Virus record (IMG/VR): IMGVR_UViG_3300006033_000003
Length of the DNA: 60,871 nucleotides
Reading direction: 5' to 3' (one strand)
Source: a virus
Shown: in pieces, positions 1 through 9,104 of the stretch
How positions within the stretch are numbered: the stretch's first letter is position 1
How the letters are laid out: each line of letters starts with the position of its first letter
The notes under the pieces: generated by a model
Databases searched by the model: none
Seen by the model: only the letters and a program-made list of their open reading frames with translations
Told to the model about the DNA's origin: nothing
Position numbers and translations under genes: made by a program

Positions 1-120
1 GGGCGGATTGTTGACGGGGGCTGAGGATGGCTACTGAACGCATTGACATAGTCATCACTGAACGAGGTTCCCGGGTTGTTCAGCGGAACCTCCAGGACAT
101 CGGAGGGACGGCCCGGGCCG
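1..120. repeat. terminal overlap, exact copy of 60752-60871 (circular closure or terminal redundancy)
   Basis: The first 120 nt (gggcggattgttgacggggg...gcccgggccg) are identical to the last 120 nt. Gene order is continuous across the junction: the end of CDS 60338-60775 is followed by the tape-measure start. Confidence 0.95.
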
Positions 121-3100
121 CTTCGGGCGGGGTTGACTTCTTGAAACGAGCACTGGCGGGCTTGGGTGCCGCGCTGTCCGTTCGGGAGCTGGTCCGACTT
201 CTGGACACCTACACCAACCTGCAGAACCGCCTCCGCGCCACGGGCCTGGAGGGCCAGAAACTCGGGGCCGTGTACCAACAGTTGTTGGACGTGGCGAACT
301 CCACCCGATCCTCCCTGGAGGGGACGGTTGAGATGTACAGCCGAATGGCGCTGGCCGCGAAGGAGTTGGGCGTCAGCCAGCAGGAGGTCATCAACTTCAC
401 CAAGTCCCTGAACCAGGCGGTGAGCCTGTCCGGGGCGTCTGCGACCGAAGCCCAAGCGGCAATGATTCAGCTGTCTCAGGGCCTTGCCTCCGGTCGATTG
501 TCCGGGGACGAACTCCGAAGTGTGCTGGAACAGCTCCCGGTGGTGGCTGACGTCATCGCCAAGGAGTTGAAGGTCACGCGGGGCGAACTGAAGAAGATGG
601 GGGAGGACGGCAAGATCACCGCTGACGTGGTGATGCGCGCCTTCCGGAACGCCAAGACCGAACTGGCGGACCGCTTCGGCAAGTCCGTTCCGACCATCAG
701 CCAGTCCTTCCAGGTCCTGAAGAACAACGTCATCGACTTCGTTGGGCGTCTGGACACCGCCAGCGGCATCTCCGGGGTCCTCTCCCGGGGCCTCATGTTC
801 CTGGCCAACAACCTGGACACCATCGCCAAGGTGGTTGCTTCCGTGGCCGTGGCCTTCGGAGTCTGGGTGGGCATCCCCGCGCTGGTGAACCTGATCACCG
901 CTTCCGTGAACCGGCTCACCGCCGCGATCATGGCCAACCCCATCGGCTTCCTTGTTGTCGCCGCCACCGCCGCGATCACCGCCCTGACCCTGTTCCGGGA
1001 CGAAATCAACATGGGGGTGGACGACATCACGACCTTGGGCGACATGATGCGTGCAGTCGGGGAGGTCATCGGGGCTACCTTCGGACGCATCTGGGAGTGG
1101 GCCCAACAGACCTTCGGACCGCTGGTGCGGTTGGTCCAGGACGTTGTTGGTGAGATGGACATCAGCTTCATCGGAGTCCTCCGCGCCGTTGCCCGCTACG
1201 TGGACGGTGTCGTGGGCTTCTGGTCCGGAGCCTTCAACGTCATCGTGGCGCTGTTCCGAACCCTTCCCGCCGTGATTGGGGACCTGGTCACCCAGGGCCT
1301 GAACGTGGTGCTGGACAAAATCGGGACCTTCGTGAACTCCGCCGGTCAGCTCCTGAGCACCGTGACGGAGTTCGCGGGCCTGGGCAAGATTGCCGCCGTG
1401 GACCTGAAGCTGACCAACGAGAACGCCGGAGCCGCCGCCCGTCTTGGGACCGACTTGGGCAACGCCTTCTCGGAGGGTTGGAACTCCTCGAACTTCGCCC
1501 GGAACGCGCTGGACGGACTTACCACGCGTGCCCAGGAAATCGCACGGGAGCGCACGAAGGAAGCGCCCGCCGTGGACCTATCCCAGGCCGGTCCCCGCAC
1601 GGCTCCGCTGATGGACCCGGAGAAGCTGAAGAAGATGAAGGATGAGCTGGCCGGTGTCGTGGGCAAGTACGACAGCGTGTGGGCCGCTCAGGAGGAGGTC
1701 CGGAAATCCACCGACATCCTGAACAAGTCTGTTGCCGCCGGTCTGATCACTCGCAAACGCGCCAACGAGGTCATCGCGCTGATGAACCAACAGCTGCGCG
1801 ACCAGTTGGACCCGCTGGGGGCCGTGAACCGCGAACTGACCGACCAGCAGCGCCTCCTCGGGTTGAATTCGGACGCCCGCGAAATCGAGACGCAGGTGAT
1901 GACCATCGAGAAGGACTTGCGCCAGCAGGGCGTGAACCTGAACGAGAAGGAACTGGCGCAGCTCCGCGAACGCCTCACGCTCATCCAAGCGGAGACGAAG
2001 GCCGCTGAAGCCCGGAACCGGGTCATGGAAGCCGTCCTTGGGCCGCAGAAGGAGTTTGCCCAGGACCTCCAGGCCCTGAACGCCCTCCTGAAGTCCGGAG
2101 CGATCACCCAACAGCAGGCGAACGGATACATTGTTCAGTCGCAACAGGAACTGTTCGCAGGGACTTCCGCCGCCCAGGACGCCCTGGTGGCGAAGTACCA
2201 GCAAACCTTCGACCGCATCAAGCAGATGCGAGACGCGGACCTCATCAGCGAAACCCAAGCCAATCAGATGCGCCAGATGCAGGCGACTCAGATGGCCCGG
2301 GACCTGATGAACCTCCAGCTCCAGATGGCCCAGACCCGCCTTGAAATGGGTTCCGGGACCTGGGCGGACGCCGCGCTGGTGAGCCTGGGCAAGGTCCAGG
2401 AGGGCTTCACGACCTTCGAGGCCGGAGCCTCCCAGGCCATGGGCAACTTCTTCACGTCCTTCACGGACGGCTTCGCCAACTCGGTGGGCCGCGCCATCGT
2501 GTACTCGGAGGACCTGGGAGACGCCTTGGGCAACGTGGCCCGGGAAGCCGTGGCGGGGCTCATCTCCGCGCTGGTCAAGCTCGGGATTCAGTGGCTGGTG
2601 AACGCCGCCCTGGGTCAGACGCTGGCCGGAACTGCGCAGGCAACAACCGTTGCGATGTCCGCAGCTACGGGTACAGCGATTGCCGCCGCCTACGCTCCTG
2701 CTGCCGCTATGGCGTCCCTGGCGTCCTTCGGCGCCAACGCCGCGCCTGCCATGGCCGGTATCTCGGCAACGACCGCCCTGAGCGAGTCCCTGGCGCTGGC
2801 GTCCATGGTGGGCTTCAAGGACGGGGGCTACACGGGCGAAGGCGGAGTGAACCAAGTCATGGGCGTGGTCCACGGGAAGGAGTTTGTGATGAACGCCCAA
2901 GCGACCGCCGCGAACCGCCCCATGCTTGAAGCGATGAACCGGGGAGCCGTGGCCGTCTCGGGCGGAGGAACCGGCGGAGGAGCCCCCGTGAGCATCAGCA
3001 TCGAGAACTACGGGACCAGCAAGGACTTCGAGGTGCAGCGCCTGAGCGAAGGGGACATCAGGATCATCGCCCGCGATGAGGCCAAGTCCGTCATCCGGAA

Positions 3101-3197
3101 CGAAGCGCCCGCCGTCATCTCCGCCGAAATCAGCAACCCGAACAGCAGCGTGTCGAAGTCCCTGTCCAGGAACACGAACGCCCAACGGAGACGCTAA
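27..3197 (+). CDS. tail tape measure protein
   Basis: 1056-aa ORF immediately after the chaperone/frameshift pair and before the lambda M/L/K/I-J-like set. It has long helical Q/E/A/L-rich stretches, hydrophobic central segments and a Gly/Ala-rich C-terminal region. Confidence 0.85.
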   Translation: MATERIDIVITERGSRVVQRNLQDIGGTARAASGGVDFLKRALAGLGAALSVRELVRLLDTYTNLQNRLRATGLEGQKLGAVYQQLLDVANSTRSSLEGTVEMYSRMALAAKELGVSQQEVINFTKSLNQAVSLSGASATEAQAAMIQLSQGLASGRLSGDELRSVLEQLPVVADVIAKELKVTRGELKKMGEDGKITADVVMRAFRNAKTELADRFGKSVPTISQSFQVLKNNVIDFVGRLDTASGISGVLSRGLMFLANNLDTIAKVVASVAVAFGVWVGIPALVNLITASVNRLTAAIMANPIGFLVVAATAAITALTLFRDEINMGVDDITTLGDMMRAVGEVIGATFGRIWEWAQQTFGPLVRLVQDVVGEMDISFIGVLRAVARYVDGVVGFWSGAFNVIVALFRTLPAVIGDLVTQGLNVVLDKIGTFVNSAGQLLSTVTEFAGLGKIAAVDLKLTNENAGAAARLGTDLGNAFSEGWNSSNFARNALDGLTTRAQEIARERTKEAPAVDLSQAGPRTAPLMDPEKLKKMKDELAGVVGKYDSVWAAQEEVRKSTDILNKSVAAGLITRKRANEVIALMNQQLRDQLDPLGAVNRELTDQQRLLGLNSDAREIETQVMTIEKDLRQQGVNLNEKELAQLRERLTLIQAETKAAEARNRVMEAVLGPQKEFAQDLQALNALLKSGAITQQQANGYIVQSQQELFAGTSAAQDALVAKYQQTFDRIKQMRDADLISETQANQMRQMQATQMARDLMNLQLQMAQTRLEMGSGTWADAALVSLGKVQEGFTTFEAGASQAMGNFFTSFTDGFANSVGRAIVYSEDLGDALGNVAREAVAGLISALVKLGIQWLVNAALGQTLAGTAQATTVAMSAATGTAIAAAYAPAAAMASLASFGANAAPAMAGISATTALSESLALASMVGFKDGGYTGEGGVNQVMGVVHGKEFVMNAQATAANRPMLEAMNRGAVAVSGGGTGGGAPVSISIENYGTSKDFEVQRLSEGDIRIIARDEAKSVIRNEAPAVISAEISNPNSSVSKSLSRNTNAQRRR

Positions 3198-3670
3198 TGG
3201 ACAAGTTTCAAATCCCGCCCGACAGCGCGGGCTACTCGGTCACGGACGGCAAGGAGGTCATCGCCATTCAGCTGGACGGCGGTGCCGCCCGCTACCGCCG
3301 GGACATCCTCAACGCCAACTCGAAGGTCACTTGTCAGTGGTCCTTCGACCGCGATGAGTACCAGTACATGCGCTCATTCTACAAGACCGCAACCAGCAAC
3401 GGCTCCCTTCCGTTCCTGATCGACCTGGCGCTGGACGAACCCACCCTGACGGAGCACCAAGCCTACTTCGTCCCCGGGTCCGTGATGCTCCGGGAGCAGC
3501 GGGGCCATCTGTACGTGGTGTCCGCCGAACTGGACGTGAAGCCCATCCCGCGTGACGCCGCCTATGACGAAGGAGTGGTGATGATCTGGAGCAACTACGC
3601 TCCGGAGCCCGCCGTGTTCCTGAACGCCCTGGAGCAACTGGTCAACGTGGACCTCCCGGAGGCAATGTAA
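3197..3670 (+). CDS. minor tail protein (position of lambda gpM / distal tail)
   Basis: 157-aa ORF whose ATG overlaps the tape-measure stop (TAATG). The call rests on synteny only. Confidence 0.45.
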   Translation: MDKFQIPPDSAGYSVTDGKEVIAIQLDGGAARYRRDILNANSKVTCQWSFDRDEYQYMRSFYKTATSNGSLPFLIDLALDEPTLTEHQAYFVPGSVMLREQRGHLYVVSAELDVKPIPRDAAYDEGVVMIWSNYAPEPAVFLNALEQLVNVDLPEAM

Positions 3671-3671
3671 C

Positions 3672-4499
3672 ATGAGCCGCTTCAGTGAGTTCTTCCTCAA
3701 CTCCCGGTCCTCCGTGGTCCAGCTGGAACTGATCCAAATCAGCCACCCCAGCTTCTCGAAGGACTACCGCCTGGTGCGCAACGCGGTGAACGGGGTGACG
3801 GTGAACGGCTTGGGCCAGTACGGTCGAAACCTGTTCAACGTCTCCGCGTCCGACAACGTGGCTGGCTACTACATAAGCCATACGGGAACGCTGACGGCGG
3901 ACCCCAACTACAACACCACGGGGTTCATTCCCGTTCTACCGGGCCAGACCTACTCTGCCAGCTACAACAACATGAGGTCCTTCTATGGACCCAACAAGCA
4001 ATTTGTCACCGGAAACCCCCTGGGGAGCCCCGCAACCTTCACCGTTCCGGAGGGTTGCTATTGGGTTCGAGCTACGGTGTATGTGAGCTCTTGGTCCACG
4101 TTTGTGCTGGCGCAGGGCTCCTCCGCCGGGGACTTCACGCCCTGGGGTCAGGCCAGCTTCGACTACTACCCGATGAAGATTGAAAACAACGGAAGCCGGG
4201 ATGACCTGGATCAATCCTTCACCTTCTCCTGGGGTGACTTGGGCGAAGTCCTGCCGACCGAACTGGACCGCGTGGCCAGATCCGGGGGCTTCGGGTTCAA
4301 GCCTCAAGTTGTGTACCACACCTACAGGTCTGACGACACGACCGCTTCGCTGTTTGGGCCCGTGGTCATGGAGGTTGAATCCTTCGCCTTCAACAGGGAC
4401 GGCTCCACGTTCACGGCCAAGGCCCCTTCGCTGAACATCAACAAGACCGGGGAAATCTACACCCTGGAGCGGTTCCCGATGCTGCGAGGCTTCCTGTGA
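3672..4499 (+). CDS. minor tail protein (gpL/DUF1833-like) with an inserted carbohydrate-binding-like module
   Basis: The N-terminus (VVQLELIQISHPSF..YRLV) and C-terminus (FTFSWGDLG...FGFKPQVVYHTYRSDD...) look like a tail-tip protein. The middle ~110 aa (GYYISHTGTL..GFIPVLPGQTYSASY..FYGPNKQFV..TFTVPEGCYWVRATV) matches the module duplicated in CDS 7732-9087. Confidence 0.5.
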   Translation: MSRFSEFFLNSRSSVVQLELIQISHPSFSKDYRLVRNAVNGVTVNGLGQYGRNLFNVSASDNVAGYYISHTGTLTADPNYNTTGFIPVLPGQTYSASYNNMRSFYGPNKQFVTGNPLGSPATFTVPEGCYWVRATVYVSSWSTFVLAQGSSAGDFTPWGQASFDYYPMKIENNGSRDDLDQSFTFSWGDLGEVLPTELDRVARSGGFGFKPQVVYHTYRSDDTTASLFGPVVMEVESFAFNRDGSTFTAKAPSLNINKTGEIYTLERFPMLRGFL

Positions 4500-4852
4500 G
4501 CCTTGATTCCTTCTTTGATAGGCGGTACAATCGTGACACGTACAACTGTGCTCACTTTGCTGTGGAAGTGTGGGAAGCCCTGACTGGTCAGAATATCGCC
4601 CAGGAGCTGACCGGCTTCCTTCGGCCCGTTGCTGAACGAAGAACGGACCCCGGACTGCGCAGGACGTTCCGCAAGCTGACCGCTCCGGAGACGCCCTGCC
4701 TGGTCCTGATGCAGCGAAACCGGAGCACGCCGCACGTGGGGGTGTACGTTCGGGGGAACGTCATCCATATCCACGAGAACGGAGTTGAGTGCCTTCCCCC
4801 GGAGATTGCCACACGAGGGTTTGCCCGCATAGGATACTACACACCATGTTGA
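4496..4852 (+). CDS. tail tip NlpC/P60-like cysteine peptidase (lambda gpK C-terminal-like)
   Basis: GTG start overlaps the upstream TGA. Cys motif YNCAHFAVEVW, then His residues in TPHVGVYVRGNVIHIHENG, in the order expected for an NlpC/P60 catalytic Cys-His-His. Sits in the lambda K position. Confidence 0.6.
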   Translation: MSLDSFFDRRYNRDTYNCAHFAVEVWEALTGQNIAQELTGFLRPVAERRTDPGLRRTFRKLTAPETPCLVLMQRNRSTPHVGVYVRGNVIHIHENGVECLPPEIATRGFARIGYYTPC

Positions 4853-7716
4853 AACAAGTCACGCTTGCCCAAAACCCGCTGGAGCCGGACACCTGGACCC
4901 ACCACGAGGTGGAGGACGTGCGGGACTTCCTGATGACGGAGTTCAGTGAGTGGCCGTCCTCCGCCCGCATCTACCATGAGCGGGTGAGCGAGCAGGACGA
5001 TGTCACACCCGGGGACGAAGCCGGGATTGAGCGCCTGGGCAAACTCCCCGGGCCGTTCTACGTTGTGGTGTACCCGGCGGACCCCGTGACCATCATCATC
5101 GCGGTGGTGGCCGTTGTCGTGGTGGCCGCTGTGGTGCTCAAGCCCAGCATTCCGACTCCGACCCTGCGCAACACGCAGAACTCCTCCCCGAACAACGAGC
5201 TGTCCGACCGAACAAACAACCCGCGCCCCTTGGCCCGCATTCCGGACATCTTCGGCACGGTCCGATCCACTCCGGACCTTCTGGCCGTCCCGTACAAAGT
5301 GTACAAGGACCATGAGGAGGTGGAATATGCGTACATGTGTATTGGGCGGGGAAGCTATGACGTGAGCGACATCCGGGACGACAACACCCTGGTGGTGGAC
5401 ATCCCCGGAACGTCCGTGGAAGTCTATGGGCCCAACACCTCCCCGAACTCCGGCAGCGCCCCTCAGCTGCGCATCGGAACCGCGATCAACAAGCCCGTGT
5501 ATGACGTGGCCCGCTCGAATGCGGTCAACGGTCAAGTCCTCCGACCTCCGAATGATCAAAGCATCCGGGGGGTCAACAACATCTACTTTCAGGGACCCAA
5601 CCTCATCCGCACTTCCGCCTTCGACTTCACGGACAAGTTTGCCGCCGGTGACGTTCTGTACGTGACCGGAGCCGCCGTGTATCAGGCCTACATCAATCAG
5701 ACCAAGACGTTGTACGCCTACAGCAACGGCTTCCGCTTCGTCATCCCCAACAGCACGCTTCCTTCGGAGTACGCCACCGGAGCGGAGATTCAGCTGACGG
5801 GTGCGCTGTTTTCCGTGACGGACCCGGACGGCTTCTGGTCCAGCAGCTATGACCTCAGCGGGGTGTACACCATTGCCTCGAAGTCTCTGGAGACGGTGAC
5901 GGACCCCGAAGGAGGGGGCACGACCTACTATTGCCGCGTGGTCCTGAACTCCCCCGCCACGATCAACCCGCAGTGGAACAGCGTGGTTCAGGGGTCCTCC
6001 GCCTCCGTGGGCATTCGACTGTCCAGCGGAGCGGAGTTGTACAACCTCAACGGCACGTACACCGTCCTGTCCGTGGCGGACGACACGATCACGTTGTCCA
6101 ACCCCGCCGCTGTGAACAGCTACTGGAGCAGCCTGAGCACCTCCCCGAACCTTAGCCCGACCTTGTACACCACGGGCTCGAAGTGGGTTGGGCCGTTTGT
6201 CCTAGACAAGACCAATACCAGCGTGGTGGTTGCAAACTTCGTGGCCACCAACGGTCTGTACAAGGATGACGGGAAGAACCAGGTGCGCTTCGACGTGACC
6301 TTGGAGCTGGAGATCACCCCGATCAACGCGGACGGCTCCGTGCGCGGGGCGGTTCAGACCGCCCAGGCAACGGTGGAGGGTTCCGCCACCTTCCGCAGCA
6401 CGCGGGCCGTCACCCTGGAACTAGGTGTGAACAGCCCGGGCCGCGTGCGCGTAAGGGCACGCCGCGTGACGAACGCTGACCTGGCCTTCGAGGGTTCCGT
6501 GGTCGATGAGATCAAGTGGCGGGACGTGTACGCCTTCGCTCCGATTGGCGTGACGAACTTCGGGAACGTGACCACGGTCCAGGCCGTTACCTACGCAACC
6601 GCCGGAGCCCTGGCGCTGAAGGAGCGGAAGCTGAACATGCTGGTCACGCGCAAGTTGCCGGCCCGGGTGTCGGGTTCCAACTTCACTTCGGAGCTGTACC
6701 CCACAAACAAGGCGGAGGACATCCTGAGCTTTATCTGCCGGGACCCGTTCATTGGAAACCGCCGGGACTCCGAAGTTGACTATGACAACTTGTACAATAC
6801 GCTGAGTGAGGTCCGAAGCTATTTTGGGGCTGCTTCAGCCGGGGAGTTCAGCTACACCTTCGACTCCGACAACCTGAGCTTCGAGGAGACGGCCCAGATC
6901 ATCGCCAACGCTACCTTCTGCGTGGCCTATCGCCGGGGCTCCCTGATCAAGTTGAAGTTCGAGAAGGCGACCGACGATAGCATGCTGCTGTTCAACCACC
7001 GCAACAAGCTACCCGGCTCCGAACTGCGCACGGTCCGCTTCGGGAACCTGAACAACTACGATGGTGTGAGCCTCAGCTACGTCTCCCCGGATGACGATGC
7101 GTTGGTCACCTACTACATCCCGGAGAACCGCAGCGCGATCAACCCGCAGGAAATCGAGACGCTGGGCGTGCGCAACGGGCTCCAGGCCTACTTCCACGCC
7201 TGGAGGGCCTGGAACAAAATCCGCTACCAGAATATCATCAGCGAGTTTACCGCCACTCAGGAAGCGGACCTGCTGGTGCAGTCCGACCGCATACTCATCG
7301 CGGACAACACCCGGGGAACCACCCAGGACGGAGAAGTGGTTGGGCAGAACGTCCTTCAACTGGAGTTGTCGCAGCCGGTCCAGTTCACTTCCGGGGTCAA
7401 TTACACCATCTTCCTCCAGCACACGGACGGGACGGTGGAAAGCCTGGGCGTGACTTCGACGGCGGACCCGTACAAGGTTGTTTTGGCTCAAGCGCCGCGC
7501 CTTCCGCTGGCGCTGGACCCCTCCCTTTATGCGCGCACCGGCTTTATACTTATTGGTGACGATGAGCCCAGGGGCAGCGCCTTCCTGCTGGTTGAGAAGG
7601 AACCGCAGACCAACTTCACGTCCACCGTCCGGGCCGTGAACTATGATGCCCGCTACTACGGGCAGGACAAAGACTTCATCAACGGCGTGGTGAACGCGAA
7701 TGGCGTGCGCCTGTAA
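4846..7716 (+). CDS. tail tip / host specificity protein J-like with a fused gpI-like N-terminus
   Basis: ATG at 4846 overlaps the upstream stop. The N-terminal ~110 aa end in a hydrophobic run (FYVVVYPADPVTIIIAVVAVVVVAAVVL), as in lambda gpI. The ~850 aa that follow occupy the gpJ position. Confidence 0.6.
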   Translation: MLKQVTLAQNPLEPDTWTHHEVEDVRDFLMTEFSEWPSSARIYHERVSEQDDVTPGDEAGIERLGKLPGPFYVVVYPADPVTIIIAVVAVVVVAAVVLKPSIPTPTLRNTQNSSPNNELSDRTNNPRPLARIPDIFGTVRSTPDLLAVPYKVYKDHEEVEYAYMCIGRGSYDVSDIRDDNTLVVDIPGTSVEVYGPNTSPNSGSAPQLRIGTAINKPVYDVARSNAVNGQVLRPPNDQSIRGVNNIYFQGPNLIRTSAFDFTDKFAAGDVLYVTGAAVYQAYINQTKTLYAYSNGFRFVIPNSTLPSEYATGAEIQLTGALFSVTDPDGFWSSSYDLSGVYTIASKSLETVTDPEGGGTTYYCRVVLNSPATINPQWNSVVQGSSASVGIRLSSGAELYNLNGTYTVLSVADDTITLSNPAAVNSYWSSLSTSPNLSPTLYTTGSKWVGPFVLDKTNTSVVVANFVATNGLYKDDGKNQVRFDVTLELEITPINADGSVRGAVQTAQATVEGSATFRSTRAVTLELGVNSPGRVRVRARRVTNADLAFEGSVVDEIKWRDVYAFAPIGVTNFGNVTTVQAVTYATAGALALKERKLNMLVTRKLPARVSGSNFTSELYPTNKAEDILSFICRDPFIGNRRDSEVDYDNLYNTLSEVRSYFGAASAGEFSYTFDSDNLSFEETAQIIANATFCVAYRRGSLIKLKFEKATDDSMLLFNHRNKLPGSELRTVRFGNLNNYDGVSLSYVSPDDDALVTYYIPENRSAINPQEIETLGVRNGLQAYFHAWRAWNKIRYQNIISEFTATQEADLLVQSDRILIADNTRGTTQDGEVVGQNVLQLELSQPVQFTSGVNYTIFLQHTDGTVESLGVTSTADPYKVVLAQAPRLPLALDPSLYARTGFILIGDDEPRGSAFLLVEKEPQTNFTSTVRAVNYDARYYGQDKDFINGVVNANGVRL

Positions 7717-7731
7717 GCAAAGGAGAACGAA

Positions 7732-9087
7732 ATGGCAGTGATCACGAAACAGGAACTTGAGGACGCATCGGTTGATGCATACTCCTTGGAGCGGATTGTC
7801 AACGGTTCCGCCACCGAAAACGGAACCGGCCTGGTCACTACCCGACTGGGACAGCAAGTTAAGACAGTAGCCAAGATTGCTTCTGAGTTGGCAACTCAGG
7901 ACATCGGGGGGATGGCTGCTGCCCAAATAAATCAGCGAGTGGATGCTGTTCAGGCCGAACTGGACGCAGCCCCGATAGTGGCCCCGGGAAAAAACTTGCT
8001 GGACCACAGCGCCTCCTCGCTGGACACTATTCTCAACAGCGCCGGCAGTCTATCTACCCAGTCGGGTTGGGCCACTAGTTCGCATATTCCGGTGACCCCA
8101 AACACAACCCTGAGCGTAAACACTCAGCGGTTCTGTGCCGAGTACGATGCAAACAAGGTTTTCATTTCCGGGACCTTCTTTGATCCCGTATCCCCAGCAG
8201 CTCGGACATTCACGACCAACGCAAATACTCGGTTTTTGAGGGTCACTTACTCGAAAACCGCCAGCGTCCAGGTGGAGTACGGGAGCAGCGTCACGACCTA
8301 CGAAGCGTACAAAGAACGCGTGAGGGCTCCGGACGGAGGCCCGCTGCTGGCAGACAATACGGAAAACGTGCACCCGTCCTTGGTGAACGTAGTTGCGGAT
8401 ATTGCGACCAACCGCCAATATGGGGAGGATACCTATTTCAAACAAAAAGACCTTAAACTGGAAACCTCGAACCTCATTAAGGCTTTCAACATAGGCTACA
8501 TTCTGGGGGTGGGCGGAGCCCTGGCGGCACAGTCGGGTTGGAAAACTTCGGATTATGTGGCGGTAAGCCCCAGCACTTCCTACGCGATCAGCGTTGTACG
8601 GTTTTTGGCTTTTTATGATTCCAACAAGGTTCTTATTGGGACCCTGACAAGCCAAGACCCGCAAACGCAGTTGTCGGTTACTTCTCCATCAAACGCTGCC
8701 TTCATGAGGGTCACGGCGGGGGAGAACTCCTATCTGTACGCCAACCAAGGAACAACCCTGTCCGTTCCCGTGACTCACGTCCGGGCCTTTGAGCAGCTAT
8801 TCCTTCCGGAGCTGAGGGCCAGTTTGAGGGCTTGGATGCGTTCGGAGTCCTACACGGTGACCTCCACCATAACCTACCGCCCGGACGGCAGGCCCGTCTC
8901 TCCTTTGAATATTGTCTGGCCCAACGGGGCTACTGGGACACTGTCCCTGACCTACAACACGGACGGTACAGTGTCTGAACTGACAGCAACGCACGTTCTC
9001 AACGGTTTGTCCACTACGATTAAACAGCCCGCCATCACGTACACCAACGGGCTTCCGTCTCAGATTCCGGCCATCACCATTTTCTAA
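7732..9087 (+). CDS. tail fibre / receptor-binding protein with a tandemly duplicated CBM-like module
   Basis: Two internal repeats: SGWATSSHIPVTPNTTLSV..FCAEYDANKVFISG..TFTTNANTRFLRVTY and SGWKTSDYVAVSPSTSYAI..FLAFYDSNKVLIG..SVTSPSNAAFMRVTA. Has an SD (AAAGGAG) and sits downstream of the J-like gene. Confidence 0.55.
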   Translation: MAVITKQELEDASVDAYSLERIVNGSATENGTGLVTTRLGQQVKTVAKIASELATQDIGGMAAAQINQRVDAVQAELDAAPIVAPGKNLLDHSASSLDTILNSAGSLSTQSGWATSSHIPVTPNTTLSVNTQRFCAEYDANKVFISGTFFDPVSPAARTFTTNANTRFLRVTYSKTASVQVEYGSSVTTYEAYKERVRAPDGGPLLADNTENVHPSLVNVVADIATNRQYGEDTYFKQKDLKLETSNLIKAFNIGYILGVGGALAAQSGWKTSDYVAVSPSTSYAISVVRFLAFYDSNKVLIGTLTSQDPQTQLSVTSPSNAAFMRVTAGENSYLYANQGTTLSVPVTHVRAFEQLFLPELRASLRAWMRSESYTVTSTITYRPDGRPVSPLNIVWPNGATGTLSLTYNTDGTVSELTATHVLNGLSTTIKQPAITYTNGLPSQIPAITIF

Positions 9088-9104
9088 ACAGAACGAGGTC
9101 CACC

